Origin: Salinivirgaceae bacterium
GTDB taxonomy: Bacteria; Bacteroidota; Bacteroidia; Bacteroidales; SZUA-534
Length of the DNA: 20,161 bases
Reading direction: 5' to 3'
Assembly: GCA_024405635.1 (NCBI GenBank)
Contig: JAKSOL010000031.1
Coordinates: 1-20,161 of the forward strand
In this document: one piece after another, positions 1 through 7,967 of the stretch
Layout of the letters: each line of letters opens with the position of its first letter
Position numbering within the stretch: the first letter of the stretch is position 1
Program-made: the position numbers and the translations under genes
The notes under the pieces: model-generated
Told to the model about the DNA's origin: nothing
The model's database searches: none
The model's input: only the letters and a program-made list of their open reading frames with translations

Positions 1-15
1 TGAGAAATTGAGTTT

Positions 16-187
16 GTAGAGACGTCGCACGCGGCGTCTCCCAATTGCAAAAAAAGCAATACCTAACCCCGATTCATCGCACGCGGCGTCTTCAAATATC
101 ATCGAGTTTTGTCCAAACATAAACGTTGTTCGCGGCATCTTCCATTGCAAAAATGCAATTATCCAAAAACCGAGACGTGGCATGCCA
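16..187. repeat. Array of about 4 degenerate GTAG-type REP-like palindromes, period about 50 bp
   Basis: GTAGAGACGTCGCACGCGGCGTCTC at 16-40 (GTAG followed by a GAGACG...CGTCTC hairpin). TCGCACGCGGCGTCT is identical at 25-39 and 77-91. Degenerate copy AAACGTTGTTCGCGGCATCT at 121-140; truncated GAGACGTGGCATGCCA at 172-187. Confidence 0.7.
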
Positions 188-208
188 AAACAACAACATT
201 CATTCTAA

Positions 209-269
209 TACCCATTAATAGTGATTTTGCAAATGGGCAATAGCAACGTCAAAATGATTAAATACCTAA
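209..269 (+). promoter_or_regulatory. Candidate NarL/LuxR-type heptamer sites upstream of the regulator (possible autoregulation)
   Basis: TACCCAT-ta-ATAGTGA at 209-224 and TACCTAA at 263-269; they resemble the NarL heptamer TACYYMT and the sites at 7999-8070. Confidence 0.35.
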
Positions 270-334
270 TTGTCGTTATAAACATGTCACTTAAAGGCAC
301 TATTTTTATGGTTTGAAAAACTGGCAGTTACAAT

Positions 335-1291
335 ATGAAAAAAATGAAGTTATACGAGGCTAGCGACAAGATGATTTCGCTAATTCGTGACAATTACAAC
401 GTGTTGCAAGCACTTGGTGCTTTTGGCATCAATCTTGGTTTTGGCGACAAAACGGTGAGCGAAGTTTGTGCAGAGCAAAATGTTGATACATATACGTTCC
501 TGATGGTTGTAAACTATATCATCAATGGTTATCGACATCAAGGACCCGACGAAAGCATTTCGGTGCCAACTTTGATGCGCTACTTACGAGCCTCGCACGA
601 GTATTTTCTCGGTTTTCAACTGCCATTTATTCGCAAAGAACTTGAAGATGCGCTTGGCGACGACAGTCGTATGGGTCAGCTTATTCTGAAATTATACGAC
701 GATTATTCACGATCTATTTTGCAACACATGAAGTATGAGGAAAAAACACTTTTTCCGTACGTTGAAGCGTTGCTCAATGGAAAGAAAAATGCCGATTACA
801 ACATTGCAACATTCTCAGAGCATCATGGCGATACTGTATCGAAATTGTTTGAACTGAAATCGATTATTATTAAGTATTTGCCATCAAACGAACTGACAAA
901 CAATAAGTTAACCGCAACTCTTTACGATATATACAACAACGAGGAGTGGTTGCAATTGCACTCAAACGTTGAGGACGAAATTTTTACTCCAGCCATTCGT
1001 AACCTAGAGCGTCAAGTTGAGAGTAACGATGTGTCGGCCAAAATATCGAACATGATTGGTAAATCAACCGATGTGCAAGGTTCGTTGTCGGAGCGCGAAA
1101 AAGACGTGATAATTTGCCTTGTTCAGGGGTTGTCAAACAAAGAGATTGCTGACCGCTTGTTCATTTCAATAAATACGGTTATGACACACCGCCGCAACAT
1201 TGCGCGTAAATTAGACATTCACTCGCCAGCTGGACTTACCATTTTTGCTATCGTCAACAACCTTGTCGATATTTCAAAGGTTAAGTTGTAG
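335..1291 (+). CDS. One-component transcriptional regulator: Ric/YtfE-like N-terminus and hemerythrin-like diiron domain fused to a C-terminal LuxR/NarL HTH
   Basis: N-terminal FGINLGFGDKTVSEVC resembles ScdA/Ric N-domain. His/Glu ligand pattern ASHEY, HMKYEE, EHH, HSNVEDE. C-terminal LSEREKDVIICLVQGLSNKEIADRLFISINTVMTHRRNIARKL is a classic LuxR HTH. No receiver domain. Confidence 0.9.
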   Translation: MKKMKLYEASDKMISLIRDNYNVLQALGAFGINLGFGDKTVSEVCAEQNVDTYTFLMVVNYIINGYRHQGPDESISVPTLMRYLRASHEYFLGFQLPFIRKELEDALGDDSRMGQLILKLYDDYSRSILQHMKYEEKTLFPYVEALLNGKKNADYNIATFSEHHGDTVSKLFELKSIIIKYLPSNELTNNKLTATLYDIYNNEEWLQLHSNVEDEIFTPAIRNLERQVESNDVSAKISNMIGKSTDVQGSLSEREKDVIICLVQGLSNKEIADRLFISINTVMTHRRNIARKLDIHSPAGLTIFAIVNNLVDISKVKL

Positions 1292-1321
1292 GTTAGTTTC
1301 TTGTTTTGTTGGTTGTTGCAA

Positions 1322-1378
1322 GCAAATGCTAAAACACAATGCTAGTTGCGGCAATTGTGTTTCGGTTTAAGCATTTGC
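1322..1378. terminator. Long imperfect inverted repeat between the convergent regulator and ccsBA genes
   Basis: GCAAATGCT (1322-1330) pairs with AGCATTTGC (1370-1378); AAACACAAT (1332-1340) pairs with ATTGTGTTT (1354-1362). No strong U-tract on either side. Confidence 0.45.
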
Positions 1379-3586
1379 GTAACTATGCATTCCTCCAAGT
1401 AGCATATTCACGCCAAAATAGGTGATGAGTACTGCTAAAAATGCCAAAATGTTGAATATGTGTGCGCCGTATGGCTTTTGCAATTTTGGAAACATTGATT
1501 GGTGCATCGGCATTGCGTAAATCATCATTGTTATAAGTGCCCAAACCTCTTTTGGGTCCCAGCCCCAATAGCGGCCCCACGACTGATTGGCCCAAATGGC
1601 GCCAATAAATATTCCAGCGGTAAGAAGAAATAGGGCAGGATAGAGCATCAATTTGCTAATGGACAGAAGCTTTTCCATTGATTCGCCATTGCGTTTACCA
1701 AGAACGATGGCTGCCACACCATTCAGCATCATGAAGGCTAAAAGCGAGTAGGCAATCATAAGTACGCAAACGTGAATGCTTAGCAAAGGCGATGCAAGCA
1801 CTGGCATCAGGTGGGTAATTTGTGGACTCGACTCGCTGAACGATGCTACCATTAGCGATAAACCAGACATTAAAAATCCAAATGGAAGCATAAGAACAAA
1901 ACGCTTGTTGAGTAGCAAGGTGAACGCCAATGTGCATAGTGCCATAAACTGCATTGTTTCGCTTCCGCTCGAAAGGGGCAAGTGTTGGCCAATGAATCCG
2001 CGTAACGAAATCATAAGCGCCAAGTAGATTGTGCACATGGCCAATAATGTTACCGAAACATAGCGAATCCATTGTGGTAGATTTGTTTGATTTGCCATTC
2101 GCAGCATGCAAAATACAAACATTATAATTCCAAGTGTGGCCAATATCATTGCTAACAACTTAATGAAACTCAGTGCGTTAAATAAACGTTCGGCTTTAAT
2201 TCTTGCATCGCTTGGCAGCAAATTTGCAGCTTCTTTTTCTTGATAATCGCGAATTTTGCCAATAGTGAGGCAAAGCGTTTCTGTGTCGTTGTTAAAGACC
2301 AATTCGCCAAGGTAATCCATCGATTTTTTTATGAAAATCCACTTGTCGTCAGCTTGGTCAATTGGCAAGTTGTCGCCTTGGCTATACCACACTAGTTTGC
2401 CGTTGCTAACCGAAGGATAAATTTTGAGCATTTGTCTTGAAAGTAGCATTTGCACAATGTTGAGTTTTTCGTCGGCCTCGCGCACGGTTTTGGCACCTTC
2501 AACTTTGTCGCCGTTCAAAATGGCTTGCATGGCATCTTCGAGTTTATAGCCTTTTGTGCCGAAAAAATCGTTGTATGAAGCGAATCGGTTGCAACCTACC
2601 AAGTTGCGAGCATTGCCTTTAAGTTTAATCATTGGCTCGTTGGCCCATTGGCTTGGGTAGAAAATCCAACCGCACAGCACTTGTTCGGCAGTTAGTCCTT
2701 TGTAGGTGGTTTTGCCGTAAAGTTTTAGTGTAAAGTTGCGAGCCACGGTTTGCACAGGGCAAATACGTCCGTTGCTGTAGGCGTAAAGTTCGCCAAATTG
2801 GTGGGCAACGTTTTGGGGGAGAGTAGGCGGTAGTTTGCTTGGGTTGGCATGGGCCGAAAAACAACCCAAAGTGAGCATTGTGGTTAACACAAGCACTTTT
2901 CCGTTGGCCATTGTTCGTAGCAATTTTCTAAAACTCTCGTTTGGTAAAATAAGCAGCAAAAGCATCGAAATGAAAAGCAGAGCATAGCCCTCGTATGTTA
3001 TGCCAATGCCAATAGGGTCGTGCGATACCGAAAGATATGTTCCGCAGTGGTCAGGGTCGTAGCCCGATTGGTAAAAACGATAACTTTTGAATTCTGCAAT
3101 TTTGTTCATTGATACCGATGCGTCTATCGATTGTTTGCCGTTGCTGAACGATAGTTGACTCACATAATCCATTGCCGATTGTGTTCCGGGATAGTTTTCA
3201 ATCTTGAATCCGTTTAGAGTTAACGCAAAAGGTAATTTTTCAACTTTTGAGTTGTTGCTTAAAATCATTATTGATGAACTTTCGCCCACGCGCAAATGCA
3301 TAGTTCCTTGCTGACCAAACATGTGGGTGACAATGGCTCCAACAAGAATTGTTACAAAGGCCGAGTGCATCAGAAATTGAAAAGGTCGGTTTATAAGTTT
3401 TACGCGCAAAATGTAGGCTATACCTGCAATGGCAAGCAATGTCCAAAGTGCAGCAAACCACCACGAGCCATAAATGTTTGTTGTGGCATAAGGTGTGCCC
3501 ATCATTTTTTCAATAATTGTGGCGGCGGCCATTACCACAATTGTGGTTATATACAAAGCTATTGTTGTGAGTCTCAGGCACTTCAT
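1367..3586 (-). CDS. ccsBA: System II cytochrome c biogenesis protein, fused CcsB(ResB)-CcsA
   Basis: N-terminal ResB-like YGSWWF and LMHSAF TM segments; WWD domain GAIWANQSWGRYWGWDPKEVW; conserved His in LSIHV and C-terminal GMHSYA; multiple TM helices. Confidence 0.92.
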   Translation of the reverse strand: MKCLRLTTIALYITTIVVMAAATIIEKMMGTPYATTNIYGSWWFAALWTLLAIAGIAYILRVKLINRPFQFLMHSAFVTILVGAIVTHMFGQQGTMHLRVGESSSIMILSNNSKVEKLPFALTLNGFKIENYPGTQSAMDYVSQLSFSNGKQSIDASVSMNKIAEFKSYRFYQSGYDPDHCGTYLSVSHDPIGIGITYEGYALLFISMLLLLILPNESFRKLLRTMANGKVLVLTTMLTLGCFSAHANPSKLPPTLPQNVAHQFGELYAYSNGRICPVQTVARNFTLKLYGKTTYKGLTAEQVLCGWIFYPSQWANEPMIKLKGNARNLVGCNRFASYNDFFGTKGYKLEDAMQAILNGDKVEGAKTVREADEKLNIVQMLLSRQMLKIYPSVSNGKLVWYSQGDNLPIDQADDKWIFIKKSMDYLGELVFNNDTETLCLTIGKIRDYQEKEAANLLPSDARIKAERLFNALSFIKLLAMILATLGIIMFVFCMLRMANQTNLPQWIRYVSVTLLAMCTIYLALMISLRGFIGQHLPLSSGSETMQFMALCTLAFTLLLNKRFVLMLPFGFLMSGLSLMVASFSESSPQITHLMPVLASPLLSIHVCVLMIAYSLLAFMMLNGVAAIVLGKRNGESMEKLLSISKLMLYPALFLLTAGIFIGAIWANQSWGRYWGWDPKEVWALITMMIYAMPMHQSMFPKLQKPYGAHIFNILAFLAVLITYFGVNMLLGGMHSYANA

Positions 3587-3643
3587 TGGAATTGTATTTT
3601 TTGTTGCAAGGTATAAAAATCGATAAAATACGATAATAAGATA

Positions 3644-3681
3644 GGGCCCTATTAATAGTGTTTCAGCCTATAATAGGACCC
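3644..3681 (-). terminator. Intergenic stem-loop between the DHOR gene and ccsBA (terminator or stability element)
   Basis: Minus-strand RNA GGGUCCUAUUA-UAG...CUA-U-UAAUAGGGCCC followed by UAUCUUAUU. Confidence 0.5.
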
Positions 3682-3706
3682 ATTTGGCAAGAGAGAAAAG
3701 AAGAAA

Positions 3707-5302
3707 TTATATTGATTCGATGAATTTTATCACTGCATCGCGGTCGGGTTTAGGCAGTTCGCGGAACTTTTCAACAGTCCAACGGGCATCGCTTTGAGAA
3801 TTGCCGTGCCACATAATGGCCTCCAACACAGAGCGAGCACGGCAGTCGTGCATGCGGTCGTCGGCACCGGTGCATAATCTCGATAATCCACGACCCCAAA
3901 GTGGAGTGGTGCGGCACCATTCGCCTCTAATGTCGTTTTGCATAAACAGGCGGTGCTGAATCATGTCGGTGTAGGGCCAAATTTTTTGGTACGGATAGCG
4001 AGGCATATCGTTATTGCCAAACATTCCGTTAGGGTCGTTTATCTCGTCGGTGCCTGTGGTCCACGAGGGACGGTGGCAAGTAGCACAGCCAATTTGGCGG
4101 AACAAATCGTGACCGCGAGCCACATCTTCGTCGTCGAGGTTGCGGGCAGCAGGAACGGCCAAACCGCGATGCCAAATCATAAAGTTTTTGTAGTCTTCGT
4201 CGGACATTTCGGCTTTAGCTATGTTTTTGCCGTCTTCTTTTCCTGTTAGGTAGCGATAAATGTCGTATTCCACGCCCTTGTCGGTTTTTTCTTCGGGAAA
4301 GTAGTTGTAAAACTCAGCCTGAACTTCTGGGTCTTTTGATGCTGTTGAGGCATAAGCTGCTGTCATGTAGTGATACTGACGGTCGGAGCGAGTTACGTTG
4401 GTGATGTTCCAAATGGCATTTGCACCCGGTCCGTCAAGCAATGGTCCGCGCGAAATGGCGTAGGTGAATCGCTTTGCATATTTTTCACCAGTTAAGCCCG
4501 AATACATTGCAGCCCAGTCGCTTCCGTTCCAAACGGCAGGATTTAAATTGGCGCCAACCGAAGTTTCGTAAGCGTATTGAGCCTTTATTGAATCGTCGGG
4601 AATGGCATCGAGCAAACCTGTTCCGTAAACACCAATTGTCGATTCAAGTCTTACCCCAACTTCGCTTATATCAAGATTGCCGCGAGCCGATTGAATTGGC
4701 ACGTAAAACGCGCTTGCAGGAATGGTTACTTCGGGATAAATAAGCTCGTAAGTTTCGCCATCGTCAAATTTGTTGCCCCAATCGTCGGTGTAGGCAAGCC
4801 AGTCGATGGTTATTTGGTCCTCGTTGAGCGGAGCCTTAAATGGAGCAACGGCCAATGTTTGCGGCATGCCAGTGAGCGAAGTTAGGTATCCGTTAGTCTC
4901 CTTATCGAACACCACAAGAAGGTACCCGTTGCCCATGTCGCTGGCTTTGTATCGGGTTTGACGTTTGCCGTGACCATAAGCAGGGTGGCAGTAAAGACAA
5001 CCATTGCGAACCATAAGCGGGCCAAGTCCAGAAAATGCGCTATTGGTGTCTTGTGTAAAGTCGCGCTCAAAAAAGTATTCGCCAAGTTTAAAAGCCTGAG
5101 TCATGCCAGCATTGTTGCAAGCAGGCGAAGGTTGTTGGTAAGCATACGACGATGCGTTGAACACCGTGCCTAGTTTGCCTCCAGTATAATATTCTTCGTT
5201 GTTTGAAGGATTTGTGGTTGGTGCTGGTGTTGGGTCGTCGTTGTTGTCGCAAGCCACAAACAATAGCGCAGTGGCGATAAGTGGGTAATAAATTTTTTTC
5301 AT
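3707..5302 (-). CDS. Di-heme c oxidoreductase (DHOR/DUF1111-type) lipoprotein
   Basis: Two CxxCH motifs: CLYCH (4985-4999) and CATCH (4073-4087). Family-like motifs GLGPL, GTGLLDAIPD, RTTPLWGRG and MHDCRARS. Start reassigned from TTG 5386 to ATG 5302, giving the lipoprotein signal MKKIYYPLIATALLFVA-C. Confidence 0.88.
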   Translation of the reverse strand: MKKIYYPLIATALLFVACDNNDDPTPAPTTNPSNNEEYYTGGKLGTVFNASSYAYQQPSPACNNAGMTQAFKLGEYFFERDFTQDTNSAFSGLGPLMVRNGCLYCHPAYGHGKRQTRYKASDMGNGYLLVVFDKETNGYLTSLTGMPQTLAVAPFKAPLNEDQITIDWLAYTDDWGNKFDDGETYELIYPEVTIPASAFYVPIQSARGNLDISEVGVRLESTIGVYGTGLLDAIPDDSIKAQYAYETSVGANLNPAVWNGSDWAAMYSGLTGEKYAKRFTYAISRGPLLDGPGANAIWNITNVTRSDRQYHYMTAAYASTASKDPEVQAEFYNYFPEEKTDKGVEYDIYRYLTGKEDGKNIAKAEMSDEDYKNFMIWHRGLAVPAARNLDDEDVARGHDLFRQIGCATCHRPSWTTGTDEINDPNGMFGNNDMPRYPYQKIWPYTDMIQHRLFMQNDIRGEWCRTTPLWGRGLSRLCTGADDRMHDCRARSVLEAIMWHGNSQSDARWTVEKFRELPKPDRDAVIKFIESI

Positions 5303-5321
5303 TTCGTGTGTTTTTTTGCAG

Positions 5322-5354
5322 AAAAAGCACCAGGGCCCATGAGTACCCTGATGC
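5322..5354 (-). terminator. Intra-operon Rho-independent terminator-like hairpin after the imelysin gene
   Basis: Minus strand GCAUCAGGG-UACUCAUGGG-CCCUGGUGC followed by UUUUU. Confidence 0.65.
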
Positions 5355-5382
5355 GAATCAAAATTATAGCCTATATGATCAA

Positions 5383-6528
5383 TCAATTGTTTATTACTGA
5401 TTTTAGTTTGTCAAGAGCCTCGTCAAGAGCCTCAAGAGCCTCAATTGCTTCGCCAGCTGAGGCGTGGGTGTAGTTGAGTACAAAAGGACGAACCATTGCG
5501 TCAATTTTTGTAAGAGCATTGTCAAGTGCGCTCATTGCGTTTTGGGCATCGGTAGGAGCCACTTCAGCCAAAACTGCCATAATTGACTTATCCTCTGGCT
5601 TGCCGTTGTTGGCATTTAATCCGCCGTAAAGTGCATGCCTACAGCTCATTATGTTGTCGTAAAAGTCTTGAATTGAGTTGTAAGCGTTTGGCGATTCAAT
5701 GTAGTTTTCGTCCTCGCCAGTGTGTGGAGCGCCAATCTTTGAGTGTGCCACTTCGTCAATAATATCTTGGCAACCTTCAATAATTTGTATCGATGCCAAT
5801 TCAACTGATTTCCAACGAGAACCAGCATTGCCTGCGTTTATAAATTCTTCGCCAAAATTGTCATCTGGTTCTAACTCGTTATCCTCAAGAGCTTTAGCAT
5901 GACTTTCGGCAACATTGTCAATGCCGTTCCATGCAGCTTCAAGTCGGCAAGACGATACAAACAAGTCAACTGAAACCGATTGGCAGTAGTAAATTTCGTC
6001 GTTGGTTAGGTCGGCAGCTTTGCGAGCTTTTCCTTCGCGGAAAATTAGATACTCAAGCGCGTGGAAACCAGTTAGGTTTTGGCCAGTGGTAATGTTTTGG
6101 TCAATAATAGCAGCATCGTTTTCGTTTGTTGCTGGATGGTATTTGCTAAGCAAGTTATCGAACACGGTGCGGTCAAAAGGCCAAGTGTCAATATGGGGGT
6201 CGATGCCGTAACCCGATGCAGCGCCAAACAGAAATGCCTCAGACCATTCCCAATATTGTCGCGACGATTTCCATTGGTCGCAAATTTGCTCAAGTTTAGC
6301 ATCGGTTGGCGATGCTGCAAATTCGTCAATGCTGGTCATTAGGCTTTCGCAAGCGTTGGCCAAGCCTTTGTAGGTAGGAATAACGGTTTTTTGCACATAC
6401 AACTCGTTGGCTGCTTGCAGTTGGTTGTCAATTTTGTTGTCGTCGTTTTTCGTCTCGTTTTTGTCGCAGGCAACCATCATTGTTGCCATTGCCGCTAAGG
6501 CAAGTAAATTGTTGATTTTAAGTTTCAT
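5383..6528 (-). CDS. Imelysin-like (peptidase M75 family, IrpA/EfeO-related) metal-binding lipoprotein
   Basis: Lipobox MMVA-C; imelysin GxHxxE motif (GFHALEY); WEWSEAFLFG and IDTWP segments; helical protein adjacent to a DHOR gene, as is typical for this family. Confidence 0.9.
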   Translation of the reverse strand: MKLKINNLLALAAMATMMVACDKNETKNDDNKIDNQLQAANELYVQKTVIPTYKGLANACESLMTSIDEFAASPTDAKLEQICDQWKSSRQYWEWSEAFLFGAASGYGIDPHIDTWPFDRTVFDNLLSKYHPATNENDAAIIDQNITTGQNLTGFHALEYLIFREGKARKAADLTNDEIYYCQSVSVDLFVSSCRLEAAWNGIDNVAESHAKALEDNELEPDDNFGEEFINAGNAGSRWKSVELASIQIIEGCQDIIDEVAHSKIGAPHTGEDENYIESPNAYNSIQDFYDNIMSCRHALYGGLNANNGKPEDKSIMAVLAEVAPTDAQNAMSALDNALTKIDAMVRPFVLNYTHASAGEAIEALEALDEALDKLKSVINN

Positions 6529-6559
6529 AATTGTATTTTTTTATGATAGTGATTGTTGT

Positions 6560-7939
6560 CTATTTGAACCACCCAGCATATACAATTCCAAGTGAAATGC
6601 TAGGTTCATTGTTGAATGTGCTGTTTAAAAATCTTTCAGAAAATTCAGCTTTTATGGCAATTTCGGGCATTGGGGCATAGTTTAATCCTAATGCAAATCG
6701 GTGTTTCTCGCACCATTCGTAAGCCGATGCGTTGGTGCCTTTCAGCATAGGGTTGTAGTACTCATATCGGCCAAAAAGCATTAGTTTTTGTTCTTCGTCA
6801 GACAATTTGCCAACGCGTCCCAACATGTTGTATCCAATTTCGCAACCAGCAGTTGTAGCATCGCTGGCCACAGGTTGATGTTTGCTTGGGCTTCCGTCTT
6901 GTCCAGTATGGGTAGGAAAGTTTTTGTTAAAGGTTGTAATCTCGTCGGAGTTGTTTAAGTGAGCCCACACGGCATTGCCTCTAGCTATAAGGTTGCCTTT
7001 TTTGTACTGAAAGTCGAATGTGCCAATGCAAAGAGCACCGTTAACATTGTTGTATTTCGACCCAATGCTTTTTAAAGTGTTTCGGAAAGTGTGGCCGTAG
7101 TAACCGCTTAAACTAACCCGCAAACCGCTTATTGTTTGGTTGTCGATGCGGGCGGCCAAGGCGTATTGGTTGGCTATTTGGAACTCATACGAGCTTGTGG
7201 CTCCATAATGTACAAAATCGTCGGCACCAAAGCGCTCGGAGTTCAGTCCTGGTAATAGTTGCAACTCATAGCGCCATTTTTCAATCTTTCCCCACACTCC
7301 AATGCCTGTTTGGTGCCAAGTGCAAGGCAAAATTTTCATTTCGCCTTCGGGTCGGAAAACTGTAAAGTACTCGGTAGGCATGTGGTGTTGGTTTGTGGCT
7401 CCAATTGGAACAACCATTTCGCCAATGCGTACATTTAGTCCGTTTCCAAACGATTTTTGCAACCAAAATTGCTCAAGAACTACCTCTCCACCTTTTTCGG
7501 TTTCTGCTTCGTATTCGCCGCTCTCGTCGGCATCAATTTCCACTGCCGAACCTGTGCCTCCATGCTCAAACTCAATTTCGGTACCCATTGTCCATCCGCG
7601 ACCAAAATCGTAGCCAAGGTTCAACACCACGTGTGGCAAATCAAATTGTCCGTGACTTTTATCGTTTTTATGTTGTTCAGGATAGCGGTATCGATTGAAA
7701 TGGTCGCTGTAAAAATTGCGAGTCATAGCTACTTCGCCATAGCCACCAATGGTTAATCGGTTTGTGGTTGGTTGCTCATTTTTGTTGGTTAGTTTAAGGG
7801 TGTCGGCTAATTGTTTGTTAACGTTTTTTGTGGCCCCGCTATAACCGTCAACTTTGTCATCGTGCTGTTCTTGCGCTGTTATATTGCATGCCAAAAACAT
7901 AAAGGCAAGTGTGCATACAACTTTTAATCTCTTTTTCAT
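6560..7939 (-). CDS. Outer-membrane beta-barrel (porin-like) protein with an N-terminal DxxSGAT motif
   Basis: Likely start ATG 7939 (MKKRLK..., signal peptide ending ITA|Q). Amphipathic strands LTIGGYGE, VVLNLGYDF, LNVRIG, LMLFGRYEY and terminal strand ISLGIVYAGWFK. Acidic EIEFEH loop. First gene of the imelysin/DHOR operon. Confidence 0.78.
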   Translation of the reverse strand: MKKRLKVVCTLAFMFLACNITAQEQHDDKVDGYSGATKNVNKQLADTLKLTNKNEQPTTNRLTIGGYGEVAMTRNFYSDHFNRYRYPEQHKNDKSHGQFDLPHVVLNLGYDFGRGWTMGTEIEFEHGGTGSAVEIDADESGEYEAETEKGGEVVLEQFWLQKSFGNGLNVRIGEMVVPIGATNQHHMPTEYFTVFRPEGEMKILPCTWHQTGIGVWGKIEKWRYELQLLPGLNSERFGADDFVHYGATSSYEFQIANQYALAARIDNQTISGLRVSLSGYYGHTFRNTLKSIGSKYNNVNGALCIGTFDFQYKKGNLIARGNAVWAHLNNSDEITTFNKNFPTHTGQDGSPSKHQPVASDATTAGCEIGYNMLGRVGKLSDEEQKLMLFGRYEYYNPMLKGTNASAYEWCEKHRFALGLNYAPMPEIAIKAEFSERFLNSTFNNEPSISLGIVYAGWFK

Positions 7940-7967
7940 TACTTGTCCCAATCAAAATTTGACGGGG

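Noticed and set aside
16-187. CRISPR array interpretation of the ~50-bp periodic palindromes
   Set aside because: The repeats are highly degenerate, linkers 1 and 3 resemble each other rather than being unique spacers, and no cas genes are present; a REP-like origin fits better.
5303-5386. 28-aa N-terminal extension of the DHOR ORF from TTG 5386 (contains CFFCK)
   Set aside because: It overlaps a terminator-like hairpin and would bury the lipoprotein signal peptide; ATG 5302 is the better start, so CFFCK is not a heme motif.
5411-5440. TCAAGAGCC repeated three times near the imelysin 3' end
   Set aside because: It simply encodes the helical EALEALDEALD segment; no sign of phase variation.
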